From contig OZ242214.1 in NCBI GenBank assembly GCA_965206595.1, forward strand, positions 4,128,001 through 4,192,000: a stretch of DNA of 64,000 nt, read 5' to 3'. Every line of letters starts with the position of its first letter. Position 1 is the first letter of the stretch. The position numbers and the translations under genes are program-made. Below are positions 19,869 through 29,705 of the stretch, piece by piece. This stretch comes from Candidatus Latescibacterota bacterium. Lineage in GTDB: Bacteria > Latescibacterota > UBA2968 > UBA8231. The notes beneath the pieces were generated by a model, which was not told the DNA's origin, ran no database searches, and was given only the letters and a program-made list of their open reading frames with translations.

Positions 19869-20681
19869 GTGACCACACAGACCAACGGCCATGCCGATCC
19901 CGTGCCGATGACGGAGGAGCAGAAGTTCATATTCGATCTCAAGGGCTGGATCGCCATCCCCGGCGTCCTCGGCGAGGACGAGATCGAATCCGTGAAAGCC
20001 CACGTGATCGCCCTCAAGGAGGCCCCGGATTCGCTCGACCCGCTGGAGCGCTACGCCGTGGGCGGCCCCTCGCAGATCCTGCTGGATCACCCGGTCGTGG
20101 CAGGAGTGCTGCGGGAGATACTGGGCCACGACCGCAGCGAGGACTGCTACGGCTTTCGCTGCGAGAACGGCTTCAACATGGTGCGCCGGACCGACTTCAA
20201 GGGAATCGATCCGCACGGCGGCGGGGCCGGCACCGGCATGTTCGCGTACCAGTGCGTCAACCGGGGGATCTTCAGCGGCCTGACGCGCGTCGTCTGGGAG
20301 CTGAACCCGGTCGAGGAAGGGGACGGCGGCACCCTCTTCATGTCGGGCTCGCACAAGGCGAACTTCCCGATTCACGAAGACCACCGGAAGATGGACTCGC
20401 CGCTCTACGAGTCGTACGTCTGTCCCCCGGGATCGGTGGTGATCTTTTCCGAGAGCGTCTGTCACGCCGGTCCGCCCTGGACCAACGAGGAACGGCCCCG
20501 CATTGCCGTGTTCAACTGCTACAGCCGCGCCGAGTCCCAGTACCACAAGACCAACCTGCCCCTCGAGGTGATCGAGACCATGCCCCCGAAGCGGCAGACC
20601 CTGTTCCGCGGTGTCTGGGTGCACGATTTCAAGCGCGGCCAGCCGAACGACTACTTCAGCCCCGAAAACCTCGCCCTGTAG
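19869..20681 (+). CDS. PhyH-family dioxygenase, HxG variant
   Basis: FDLKGW, PHGGG in place of HxD, VVWEL, GSHK and FSESVCH. Confidence 0.85.
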   Translation: MTTQTNGHADPVPMTEEQKFIFDLKGWIAIPGVLGEDEIESVKAHVIALKEAPDSLDPLERYAVGGPSQILLDHPVVAGVLREILGHDRSEDCYGFRCENGFNMVRRTDFKGIDPHGGGAGTGMFAYQCVNRGIFSGLTRVVWELNPVEEGDGGTLFMSGSHKANFPIHEDHRKMDSPLYESYVCPPGSVVIFSESVCHAGPPWTNEERPRIAVFNCYSRAESQYHKTNLPLEVIETMPPKRQTLFRGVWVHDFKRGQPNDYFSPENLAL

Positions 20682-20683
20682 CC

Positions 20684-21874
20684 TTGGGCAACCCCAACGT
20701 CGAGCCGCTCGCACAGGACTTCGCCGTCGCCGCCCGGGTAGCGGACCACAGCCGCTTCTTCTTTCACGATCCCAACCTCGGCCGGCTCTCCGACGGCACC
20801 CTGCTGATCGCCGCCCCGCAGTGGCCGCGCCGCGGCGTGCGGGCAGGGCACGAGCTGCGCATCGCGCGCAGCGGCGACCGCGGCAGCAGCTGGCAGGAGC
20901 TCGACCCGCTGCCGTACCAGGAAGGGATCCCGTTCGAGCTCGACGGCCGCTTGCTGATGTTCGTCCAGGAGAAGAGCCACCGGGACATCCTGATCGTTGT
21001 CAGCGACGATTGCGGGGCTTCCTGGAGCGAGCCGTCGACGGTGCTGGAAGGTCCGCTGTGGAACATCTCCACGGCGCGGGTGGTTCGCGACGACCGCATC
21101 TTCTGGGCCGTCGACTGCGATCTGCCGGGGGCGGGGTACGGCGGCAAGACCATGCTGACATGCGACCGCAGCCGGCCGCCTCTCGACCCGGAGGCCTGGA
21201 GCCTGTCCAACGTCGTCGAGCCGCCCCGGGTGCCCGCGGCGCTGACGCGCAATCTCTACCCGCGGCAGATGGGCACCCCCTTGTCGCATTACTGGAGCGC
21301 TCCCTTCGTCTGGCTCGAGCCGAACACCGTCGACGTCGGCGGCCGCATCCGCGTCTTCGCGCGCACCGTCATCGACCAGTACGCCTCCGCCCACTTGGCC
21401 GCGGTCCTCGACTTCGACGAGGAGGCCGGTCGCCTGAGCTTCACGCAGCTGGCCGCGTGGCCGGGAGGGCAGTGCAAGTTCTTCATCCTTGCGGAAGAAG
21501 ACCACCGGCTCTACTGGATGCTCGGCAACCTCGTCACCAACTCCCAGGACCTGCTCGGCTGGGGGCCTCGCCTGCTCGAGTCCGGGTATCACGGCGGTCC
21601 GGGAAACGAGCGCCGCTGGCTGTTCCTCCACTACAGCATCGACTGCCTGAACTGGTTCCCGGCCGGATGCGTGGCGCGCTGGCCCGACTCGGTCCTGCGC
21701 AGCTTCATGTACCCGAGTGCGGTGATCGACGGCGACGACCTCGTCGTCCTCTCCCGCAGCACCCGGGACTCGGGGGATCAGCACGACGCGGACCTGTGCA
21801 CGATCCATCGGGTACGCGGTTTTCGATCCCTGGCGATGGACCTGCATCGGGGCGGACTGCACGAAGGGAATTAG
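20684..21874 (+). CDS. BNR/sialidase-fold protein
   Basis: SGDRGSSW, SDDCGASW, WLEPN, PGGQCKF, NERR and FMYP motifs; TTG start inferred. Confidence 0.78.
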   Translation: MGNPNVEPLAQDFAVAARVADHSRFFFHDPNLGRLSDGTLLIAAPQWPRRGVRAGHELRIARSGDRGSSWQELDPLPYQEGIPFELDGRLLMFVQEKSHRDILIVVSDDCGASWSEPSTVLEGPLWNISTARVVRDDRIFWAVDCDLPGAGYGGKTMLTCDRSRPPLDPEAWSLSNVVEPPRVPAALTRNLYPRQMGTPLSHYWSAPFVWLEPNTVDVGGRIRVFARTVIDQYASAHLAAVLDFDEEAGRLSFTQLAAWPGGQCKFFILAEEDHRLYWMLGNLVTNSQDLLGWGPRLLESGYHGGPGNERRWLFLHYSIDCLNWFPAGCVARWPDSVLRSFMYPSAVIDGDDLVVLSRSTRDSGDQHDADLCTIHRVRGFRSLAMDLHRGGLHEGN

Positions 21875-21898
21875 GGTGTCCGCGAAGACAGACCTGAA

Positions 21899-22054
21899 AT
21901 GCTACACCGGCGGCTGGAAGCGGACCGGCAGGACTGCGTCATCCACCTGCCGGAAAGACCGGGGGAGGGGGAGTACGCCGACCGCAAGCAGTTCGTGCTC
22001 GGCAAGGAGATTTCCGACGAGCTGCTGAGCGACATGTCCGTGCCGGAGCCGTGA
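21899..22054 (+). CDS. Small hypothetical ORF (51 aa) or gene remnant
   Basis: MLHRRLEADRQDCVIHLPERPGEGEYADRKQFVLGKEISDELLSDMSVPEP; host-like codon use; fills the gap before the ybaK-like gene. Confidence 0.4.
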   Translation: MLHRRLEADRQDCVIHLPERPGEGEYADRKQFVLGKEISDELLSDMSVPEP

Positions 22055-22057
22055 CGG

Positions 22058-22555
22058 ATGGCCGCCCCGGAAGCGCCGCGCACGCGCGTCATCGAGACCC
22101 TGGAGCGGCAGGGGATTCCCTACCGGCTGCTGCCCCACGGCAGGGAGGTGTTCACCGTGGAGGAGGCGGCCGCGCAGCGCGACGTGCTCATGGAGGAGAT
22201 GGTCAAGTCCATCCTGCTGCGCGACAAGAAGCGGCGCTACGCCATGGCCTGTGTGCGCGGCGACATGCGCGTCGACCCGAAGGCGGTGCGCGCCGTCCTG
22301 CCGGACGGGTACCAGCGCCTGCAGTTCGCCTCCGCCGAGGAGATCCGGGAGATTACCGGCAGCGTGCAGGGAGCGGTGGCCCCGGTCGGCCTTCCGGAAC
22401 AGGTCCCCGTGGTCTGCGACGAGATCATCGCCCGCTGCGAGCGCGTCAACCTCAGCAGCGGAGACCCGGCGATGGGCCTGGAGATGAGGGGGAGCGACCT
22501 GCTCGCCGTCAGCCGGGCCACAATCGCCGCCATCGCCGAACCTCTGGAGGAGTGA
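22058..22555 (+). CDS. YbaK/EbsC aminoacyl-tRNA deacylase family protein
   Basis: TVEEAA, VKSILL and TGSVQGAVAPVG motifs. Confidence 0.88.
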   Translation: MAAPEAPRTRVIETLERQGIPYRLLPHGREVFTVEEAAAQRDVLMEEMVKSILLRDKKRRYAMACVRGDMRVDPKAVRAVLPDGYQRLQFASAEEIREITGSVQGAVAPVGLPEQVPVVCDEIIARCERVNLSSGDPAMGLEMRGSDLLAVSRATIAAIAEPLEE

Positions 22556-22633
22556 GGCGGTTCACCACTGCATTAACCCTCACCGGAATTGCCGGCGCGC
22601 CCGGCGCCGGAAAAGGCGGGAGAAGAAGAAGAG

Positions 22634-23500
22634 ATGAACAACGGATCGAAGCCCCTGCTGTTCGAGCAGAGCAAGGTGGCGTACGTCGATGTCGACGCCC
22701 TCGACCTGCCGCGGACCAACACGGACGGTGAGGCGGTCGCGGCCCTGACCCCCGAGCAGAGGTACCTGTTCGACACCCAGGGCTGGCTGCTGGTGCCGGG
22801 CCTGCTCGGCCGGGAGGAGGTCGAGGAGATGCGGGAGTTCTGCTACCGGCTCAAGCGCGAGCCGGAATCGCTGCCGGAGCATCAGCGCTCCGCGGTGGCC
22901 GGCCCTCTCGAGCGCCTGACCGACCACCCGTTCATCGTCGGGTTCATGAACGAGTTCCTCGCTCATCCCGACCTGTCGAGCCAGGACTGTTACGGCTTCC
23001 GCATGGAGTCGACCTCCCTGTGCGTGCGCGGCAACGGCGAGGGCTCCCCGGTGCCGCACAACGGCAACGGCCTCTGGCGCATGCCGGGGGATTCCCACAA
23101 CTACCACTGCGTTCCCGGCAAGGCGAACAGCGGCCTGACCTGCGTCGTCTGGGAGCTGAACGAGGTCGAGAAGGGGAGAGGCGGCACCCTGCTGCTGTCC
23201 GGCAGTCACAAGGCGGTATTTCTCGCCCCCGAGAGCCTGCGGGATCCCGACTGCCCGCTGTGGACGACCTATGCCTGCCCGGCCGGATCGCTGCTGATCT
23301 TCGCCGAGAGCACGACCCATTCGACCTCCCCCTGGCGCAGCGCCGAGCGGGACCGCGTCGCCATCTTCAGCCGCTACAACCACGTCAACAGCAAGTGGCA
23401 CAAGTGGCAGCCCCATCCGCAGTACCTCGAGAGTCTGCCCCCCAAGCGCCGCACCCTGTTCCGGCCGATCCACGTCGAGGCCAATCTCGTGGAGCCCTGA
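22634..23500 (+). CDS. PhyH-family dioxygenase, HxG variant (paralogue of 19869-20681)
   Basis: FDTQGW, PHNGNG, VVWELN, GSHK, FAESTTH and PPKRRTLFR. Confidence 0.85.
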   Translation: MNNGSKPLLFEQSKVAYVDVDALDLPRTNTDGEAVAALTPEQRYLFDTQGWLLVPGLLGREEVEEMREFCYRLKREPESLPEHQRSAVAGPLERLTDHPFIVGFMNEFLAHPDLSSQDCYGFRMESTSLCVRGNGEGSPVPHNGNGLWRMPGDSHNYHCVPGKANSGLTCVVWELNEVEKGRGGTLLLSGSHKAVFLAPESLRDPDCPLWTTYACPAGSLLIFAESTTHSTSPWRSAERDRVAIFSRYNHVNSKWHKWQPHPQYLESLPPKRRTLFRPIHVEANLVEP

Positions 23501-23630
23501 AAGCGGATGGACCGCGGTGGCGACACCGGAAGTCTCCGGCCTGTATCGGTGCCGGTTGCAGCGACAAGTGGATGGGCATGGCGGCCCTGGAAAAGGCGGA
23601 ATCAGGTGGCAACCTCAACAACCTGGCCTT

Positions 23631-23760
23631 GGCAGCCCGTTGAAACAGTCAATCCGGGCTGTGGCCGCCCTGTCGGTCGCGAACCCTTGCGGGTCGCACG
23701 CCTTGTCTTCGACCGCCATGACTCGGCTTCCCTTACAGGGCAAATTGACAACGGGCTGTC
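23631..23760. mobile_element. MITE copy 1 (130 bp) with terminal inverted repeats
   Basis: Ends GGCAGCCCGTTG...CAACGGGCTGTC; interior homologous to 33666-33892 in inverted orientation. Confidence 0.8.
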
Positions 23761-23871
23761 AGGGTTTTTTGGAAGTCCACGGCAGTGACAGGGAAACCTG
23801 CCCGGCATACTATTGTGCGCCGGAAGGCCCCGTCGGGAAGGGCAGTACCGGCAGCGCAAAGGACACATCCT

Positions 23872-24675
23872 ATGGAACTGACCAAGGAGCAGTTGCAACA
23901 GTTCGAAGCCTTCGGGTTTCTGCATCTGAAGCAGCTTTTTTCCCACCCCGAGACCGCGGAGATCGCCGCCGCGGCCAGCGAGGTCTGGGCCGCCGAGCTC
24001 GGACGCCCGCCCCGCGATAGCGACTGCCTGTCCGTCTCCGGCGTGGTCGAGGGCCACCCGCGGCTGACCGAGCTGCTCGTCCTCGACGAGCGCCTGTACC
24101 GGCCGCTCCGGCAGCTGCTCGGCGACGGCATGATCTGGTCGGGGTCGGAGGGGAACCGGGGATTCGAGGAAGGGAGGACCTTCCACCACTGGCACGCCGA
24201 CCGGCCAGGCGAGCGCGAGCTGGGGTACCTGCGCATCAAGGTGATGATCTACCTCGACCCGATGCGCCGGGAGCAGGGCGCCTTTCGCGTGATACCGGGC
24301 TCCCACCAGCCCGGTTTCCACGAGATGCTGCAGCCGATGCAGAAGGCCCACGTCGAAGGCTCGCCCGTTTTCTTCGGGATCGACGGCGCCGACATCCTCT
24401 GCTACGCCGTCGAGACCGACCCCGGGGACGCCGTCCTGTTTTCGCAGAACCTGTTCCACGCGGTCTACGGGAAGACCGGTCCGAGGCGCTACATCGCCCT
24501 CAAGTACGCCTCGCGCCCCTCCGGCGACGCCGATCTCGCTTCGCTCTACGAGTGGTCGCCGTACGCCTTCGAGCCGCACCAGGCGTACACCGGCAGCGAC
24601 GATCCGCGCCTTCAAGGGATGGTTCGCGGCCTTCCCGACCTCGGCAAGAAGGCCGCCGTTTTCCCGTATCCATAA
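23872..24675 (+). CDS. PhyH-family dioxygenase
   Basis: FEAFGFL, WHAD, VIPGSH and FSQNLFH. Confidence 0.9.
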   Translation: MELTKEQLQQFEAFGFLHLKQLFSHPETAEIAAAASEVWAAELGRPPRDSDCLSVSGVVEGHPRLTELLVLDERLYRPLRQLLGDGMIWSGSEGNRGFEEGRTFHHWHADRPGERELGYLRIKVMIYLDPMRREQGAFRVIPGSHQPGFHEMLQPMQKAHVEGSPVFFGIDGADILCYAVETDPGDAVLFSQNLFHAVYGKTGPRRYIALKYASRPSGDADLASLYEWSPYAFEPHQAYTGSDDPRLQGMVRGLPDLGKKAAVFPYP

Positions 24676-24684
24676 GGTCCACCG

Positions 24685-25515
24685 ATGAATGCTGCAGAGC
24701 TGTACGAATTCGACCGCCAGGGGTATCTCGTCATCGAGGAGCTGCTGACCCCGGACGAAGTCGCCTCCCTGGCGGAGGCGGTCGACCTTCTGGAAGAGCA
24801 CGCCGTCGCTCACGTCGACGAGCCGCCGCGCAAGAAGAGCCCCTGGGGAGCGGAGTACCACCGCAATCCGGACATGGGGTACCACGTGCAGGGATCGAAC
24901 GCCGAGGGCAGGACGATCATCATCGAGGATTTCTGGAACGCCGACCCCGCCTTCGACCTGCTGCTCGGCCACGGGCCGACCATGAAGTACGTGCACGCGG
25001 TGGTCCAGGGGCGGCCGACGATCAACAACTCGGAGATCCGCATCCGCTACACCGGCAACCAGAGCCGCAACCACGGCAGCGGGGCCCGCGAGGGTAACGG
25101 CAAGTACCGCTACCACTTCAACAGCCACGGCATCGACTGCATGATGGTGCGCATGGTCTATTTCCTGCACGACGTCGACAACGAGCAGGGGGCTTTCTGC
25201 GTCGTTCCCGGAACCCACAAGGCGAACTTTCAGTGCCCGTACGACAACGACCCGGACGTCGAGCCGGGAGTGGTCGGCCTCGAGGTTCGCGCCGGGGACG
25301 CCGTCTTCTTCACCGAGAGCCTGCGCCACGGGGGGCTGACCAATCGCTCCCCCCAGGTGCGCAAGACCCTGCACGTGGGGTACGGCCCGCACTTCATGAT
25401 GTCGCAGAACATCGCCACCATGGACGAGCTGCCGTACATCACCGCGGCGACGAAGACCCGCCTCAGCGAGGACCAGTACAACCTGTTCCGGCCGTATCCG
25501 GAAAACGGCAGATGA
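24685..25515 (+). CDS. PhyH-family dioxygenase, HxS variant
   Basis: FDRQGYL, NHGSG, VVPGTHK and FTESLRHG. Confidence 0.87.
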   Translation: MNAAELYEFDRQGYLVIEELLTPDEVASLAEAVDLLEEHAVAHVDEPPRKKSPWGAEYHRNPDMGYHVQGSNAEGRTIIIEDFWNADPAFDLLLGHGPTMKYVHAVVQGRPTINNSEIRIRYTGNQSRNHGSGAREGNGKYRYHFNSHGIDCMMVRMVYFLHDVDNEQGAFCVVPGTHKANFQCPYDNDPDVEPGVVGLEVRAGDAVFFTESLRHGGLTNRSPQVRKTLHVGYGPHFMMSQNIATMDELPYITAATKTRLSEDQYNLFRPYPENGR

Positions 25516-25534
25516 CCACAAAGGAGGATTCGAG

Positions 25535-26275
25535 ATGAGTGCCAGCGGCAACGGAGTCCCGCCGAAGGAAGCGGGGGAAACGCGAGTCGTCTACCTCGGC
25601 GGCGATCAGCTTCACAACCACATGGGGCAGCGTCAATCGATCCAGCAGGTGCTCGGCGGGACCGGGTGGCGGCTGCTGTTCACCCAGGACGCGCGCCAGG
25701 TCACGCCCGAGGTCGTCGCCGGCACCGATCTGCTGTTGATCACGCGCTGGGGCGGCCCCATCGAGGGATGGTGCCCCGACCCCTTTCACGAGGGCTCCAT
25801 GGAGAACGACGGGTACATGAGCGCCGAGCTCGAGGAGGCGATCGTCGACAACGTCGTCAACCGCGGCATGGGGTTCATGGCCCTGCACTGCACCTGCTGG
25901 TCGCCGGACCAGGTGAAGTTCAGCGAGATGATGGGGATCGAGGGAATCATGCACGGGCCGGTGCAGGACGTCTCCATGTACAACTTCAACCCCGATCACC
26001 CGGTCAGCGCCGGGATCGAGGATTTCGTCCTGCCGGAGGACGAGAACTTCGGGGTCATCCTCAAGCACCCGGACGCGGTCCCGCTCTACGAGACCCTCGG
26101 CGCCAAGGACAAGAGGCACGACATCGCCGGCTGGGCCCTGGAGAACGGCAACGGCCGCGTCGTCGGCCTCGTCGCCGGGCACACCTACACCGCCTGGCGC
26201 CACGCCACCTACCGGAAGCTGTACTGGCGCGGTGCCCACTGGGCGCTGGGACGCGACATCCCGGAGTCCGGATGA
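25535..26275 (+). CDS. ThuA-like (class I glutamine-amidotransferase fold) domain protein
   Basis: GDQLH, GMGFMALH, HPV..GI.DF..DE and GW...G.GRVV...GH motifs. Confidence 0.8.
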   Translation: MSASGNGVPPKEAGETRVVYLGGDQLHNHMGQRQSIQQVLGGTGWRLLFTQDARQVTPEVVAGTDLLLITRWGGPIEGWCPDPFHEGSMENDGYMSAELEEAIVDNVVNRGMGFMALHCTCWSPDQVKFSEMMGIEGIMHGPVQDVSMYNFNPDHPVSAGIEDFVLPEDENFGVILKHPDAVPLYETLGAKDKRHDIAGWALENGNGRVVGLVAGHTYTAWRHATYRKLYWRGAHWALGRDIPESG

Positions 26276-26324
26276 TCCGCATCGCCGATACCGCCAATCG
26301 GTTTCACCGGGGAAAGCGGCGCCG

Positions 26325-27929
26325 GTGAGCGGCGGCGGGCAGGTCCTGTCCGCGGCGGGCCACGAGCACTTCCTCGAGCACGGGTACGTCGTCGTGCCCA
26401 ACGCCGTCTCTCCCGATACGATTTCCGCGGTGCTTCCTGAGCTGGAGGAAGACAACGGCAAAGGCCGGGACCTCCCCGGGATCCGCGCCTGCGCCAGCGA
26501 GCGCCTGATCGCCGCGGTCGCCGAGCTGTTCGGCCCCGGAAACGAACCGGTGCGCAAGACCAGCGGCCGGGACATGGTCCGCCCTTACGAACCGGAGGCG
26601 CACTGGGGCGGCCTGAGCGCTCACGTCGACGACGCCTACCCCACCCTGATGCCGAACGGCTGGGCAATCGGCTGCTTCCTCTTCCTGACCCGCGTCAGAT
26701 CCCGGGGGGGTGCCTTCATCTTTTTTCCCGGCTCTCCCTGGCGCAACCGCGGGCTGATGGAGGAGAACTGGCAGGCCGCCAAGGATGCGGTGGCGCTACC
26801 GGAGAACTCCGGGCCGCCGCGGGAATTCCTCGCCGAGCCCGGGGACGCCATCCTCTTCCACCACCTCATGGGGCACTGCGGCTCTCCCAACGTCTCGGAC
26901 CCGGAGGTGACCCGTCACGCCGTGCTGACCCGCTGGCGCCCGCAGCGGCGCATCGTCCCCGGGATGAAGCCGTTGGCCGGCATGACGACCATCGAGAAGG
27001 CGAACTCCGCCCGCTACGCCGCCCGTCGCCGGCAACGCCCGCAGCCGGAGCGAACCGGAGACGACCCCGAGACCTGCGCCGTCCTCGCCGAAGGGTTGCC
27101 CGGGTTGGGCGGTGTGGCCGCCTGCGCCCTCCTCCATCACGGGGGCGGCGTTCACCTGTTCTACGCCGCCGATCATGCGGCCGGGGTGAGCCATCTCTTC
27201 AGCCGCGACCTCGTTCGCTGGGAGCGCCGACCGGTGGCCGGAGTCGCCGCGGCGAAAGTGCGCTCCCTGCAGGTGCACCAGTACGGCCTCGACGTCATCC
27301 TCGCGGTCACCTCGCCTGAAGGCCGGGCCGTCCTGCACTCGTCGCGGGACTGCGCAGCCTGGAAGGAGATCGGTCTCGTCCACGGCTGCGAGACCGCCAC
27401 CCCGTGGTTCACCTACTTCAAGTACGCGAGCAAGCTGGCGAAGAACCACACCCTGTTCACTGTCCCCGCCGGCAGCCCGGGCGAGATCCTCTGCACCTGG
27501 GGGGAGCGCTGGGAAGAGGCCGCGGTCTGGAAGACGCAGTCGCTTGCCGCCCGCGCCCCGGAAGGCCGGCGCATCGTCGATGTCACGATCGCGGCCCAGT
27601 ACTCGGAGACCGAGTGCGCCTTCGTCGCCGACCTTCGGGATCCTGAGGGGGAGGGGACCTTGCCGCACTACGCCCTGACGCGGGATACCGCCGCCGAGGG
27701 GGTCGCCCTGAAACCGCTGCCCTTTTGCGGCGTCTCTGCCCCGCGCTCGGTGCGCGTGCTGAACAGGGCGCAGAGCTATTGGCTGGTGGGCTTCCTGGCG
27801 CGTGCTCCCGGCGGGGAGGACCGCCTGTTCTGGGGGGAAATCGACTGGTCGCTCCCCGGCCCGGCGCTGGTCCCGCTGGACAGTCCCGATTGCCTCGACG
27901 AGGCGCGCGCCATCGTGGGGATGCTGTAG
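26325..27929 (+). CDS. PhyH dioxygenase fused to an uncharacterised C-terminal beta-rich domain
   Basis: N-terminal FLEHGYV, AHVD and FHHLMGH; about 300 extra C-terminal residues including FSRDLVRW and SSRDCAAW. Confidence 0.8.
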   Translation: MSGGGQVLSAAGHEHFLEHGYVVVPNAVSPDTISAVLPELEEDNGKGRDLPGIRACASERLIAAVAELFGPGNEPVRKTSGRDMVRPYEPEAHWGGLSAHVDDAYPTLMPNGWAIGCFLFLTRVRSRGGAFIFFPGSPWRNRGLMEENWQAAKDAVALPENSGPPREFLAEPGDAILFHHLMGHCGSPNVSDPEVTRHAVLTRWRPQRRIVPGMKPLAGMTTIEKANSARYAARRRQRPQPERTGDDPETCAVLAEGLPGLGGVAACALLHHGGGVHLFYAADHAAGVSHLFSRDLVRWERRPVAGVAAAKVRSLQVHQYGLDVILAVTSPEGRAVLHSSRDCAAWKEIGLVHGCETATPWFTYFKYASKLAKNHTLFTVPAGSPGEILCTWGERWEEAAVWKTQSLAARAPEGRRIVDVTIAAQYSETECAFVADLRDPEGEGTLPHYALTRDTAAEGVALKPLPFCGVSAPRSVRVLNRAQSYWLVGFLARAPGGEDRLFWGEIDWSLPGPALVPLDSPDCLDEARAIVGML

Positions 27930-27930
27930 T

Positions 27931-28030
27931 GTTGCGCGCGCAATTCCGCGTGAATTCGCTCGCCGTACACCCCCGGTACGGTTCGCTCTGGCGCCCCGCG
28001 AGCAGGGTGCGGGGCTCTCGTTCGTCCGCA
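27931..28030. repeat. Structured intergenic repeat, copy B (see 2462-2583)
   Basis: CCGTAC-N7-GTACGG hairpin, GCCCCGC...GCGGGGC hairpin and a 14-nt identity with copy A. Confidence 0.5.
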
Positions 28031-28094
28031 TTCCTGCGCGCAGGAACAAGGTGGCGGAAATGGCCTCGCTTCAGAGCAGAACAGGTTTGAGCGG

Positions 28095-28922
28095 ATGGCG
28101 GTAGTCCTGGTCACCGGCGCCAGCGGGTTCATCGGCCGCAGCCTGGCGGCGGAACTTGCCGGGCGCCACGACGTCATTGGCATGAGCCGCAACGATCCGG
28201 GGCTCGACCTGCCGTGGGTGAAGGGGGAGTTCTTCGCCTGGGAGGACCTGCTGCGGCTCGACGGCCACGACATAGACGTCGCCGTGCACCTCGCCGCGGT
28301 GCTGGCGAACGTCCACGAGCGCGAGCAGATGCGGGTAAACGTCGAGGGCACCCGCTGCCTGATGCGCTACCTGATCGATCGCGGCTGCAGGAAGTTCGTC
28401 ACCGCCAGCTCGATCGCCGCCGTCGGTATCCAGGATACGAGGTTCCGCCCACTGCAGCTCCCGGTGCCCGACGACCATCCCTGCCTCGACCGCTCGGGAT
28501 ACGGGTTCTCCAAGTACATGATGGAAGAGGTGACCCGGTACTGCCAGCGCCAGAACGAGGAGGTCGACGTCATCAACCTGCGGCTCTCCTCAGTGGCTCC
28601 CGACGGCAGCATGCCGGAGAAGCGCACCGTCTCCCCCTTGCGGAACTGGAGCCTGGGGTCGATCACCCTCATGTGTCTGTCGGACGCCGTCCGCGCCTTC
28701 GCGCTGGCCGCCGAGGCGCCTCACCGAGCCGGCGTCCGAACCCTGAATGCCGCCTCTCCCCGGGCCTGGGTGGCCGACCCTGTGGCCGACATCCTGCGCG
28801 GATGGTGGGGAGGCGAAGTCGACGTCAGCTGCTTCGAGCAGCCGGGGCGGGAGTTCGACTCGGCGTACGACGTGACGGGGATAGAGAAGGAGCTCGGATT
28901 CGTCGCCGAGGTTACTGAGTGA
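28095..28922 (+). CDS. NAD-dependent epimerase/dehydratase
   Basis: TGASGFIG, HLAA, ASS and YGFSK motifs. Confidence 0.9.
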   Translation: MAVVLVTGASGFIGRSLAAELAGRHDVIGMSRNDPGLDLPWVKGEFFAWEDLLRLDGHDIDVAVHLAAVLANVHEREQMRVNVEGTRCLMRYLIDRGCRKFVTASSIAAVGIQDTRFRPLQLPVPDDHPCLDRSGYGFSKYMMEEVTRYCQRQNEEVDVINLRLSSVAPDGSMPEKRTVSPLRNWSLGSITLMCLSDAVRAFALAAEAPHRAGVRTLNAASPRAWVADPVADILRGWWGGEVDVSCFEQPGREFDSAYDVTGIEKELGFVAEVTE

Positions 28923-28958
28923 GCCCCAGTTCGGGGAACGACTGAGGAAAGGATCGAT

Positions 28959-29705
28959 ATGAAAGGGGTAGTTCTCGCAGGCGGCCTGGGCACACGCCTG
29001 CAGCCGTTGACGCGCATAACCAACAAGCACCTGTTGCCGGTGTACGACAGGCCGATGATCTACTACCCGATACAGATGCTCGTCGACGCCGGCATCGCCG
29101 ACATCATGGTGGTGACCGGGGGCAACGCCGCGGGGGACTTCCTCCGTCTCATACGCAACGGCGAGGACTTCGGCCTGTCGCGCATCAACTACGCCTACCA
29201 GAAAGGGGAGGGGGGGATCGCCGAAGCCCTCGGCCTCTGCCGGGAGTTCGCCGGCGACGACAAGCTGATCGTCGTCCTCGGGGACAACATCCTCGAGATG
29301 GGGATCGCCGCCGGGGTCGAGGCCTTCGCCTCCCAGGAAGCCGGCGCCCGCATCTTTCTCAAGCAGGTCGACCACCCCTGGGAGTACGGCATCGCCGAGA
29401 CCGACCGCGACCGCGTCGTACGCATCATCGAGAAACCGCAGGATCCCCCGACCGACCTCGCCGTCATCGGGGTGTACATGTATCCCCCCGACGTATTCGA
29501 CATCATCACCACCCTGGAGCCCTCGGGCCGCGGCGAACTCGAGATCACCGACGTCAACAACGCCTACATCGAGCGCGGCGAGATGCAGTTCGGGATGCTC
29601 GAAGGCTGGTGGATGGACGCCGGCGAGAACCACGAGTCGCTGTTGCAGGCCAACATGGCGGTCGCCCGGCTGGCCGGTGTCGAGATCCAGGGAGCGCTGC
29701 CTTGA
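28959..29705 (+). CDS. Glucose-1-phosphate thymidylyltransferase, short (SpsI/RmlA-like) form
   Basis: GVVLAGGLGTRLQPLT, NKHLLPVYDRPMIYYP, LGDN, EKP and SGRGELEITD. Confidence 0.88.
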   Translation: MKGVVLAGGLGTRLQPLTRITNKHLLPVYDRPMIYYPIQMLVDAGIADIMVVTGGNAAGDFLRLIRNGEDFGLSRINYAYQKGEGGIAEALGLCREFAGDDKLIVVLGDNILEMGIAAGVEAFASQEAGARIFLKQVDHPWEYGIAETDRDRVVRIIEKPQDPPTDLAVIGVYMYPPDVFDIITTLEPSGRGELEITDVNNAYIERGEMQFGMLEGWWMDAGENHESLLQANMAVARLAGVEIQGALP

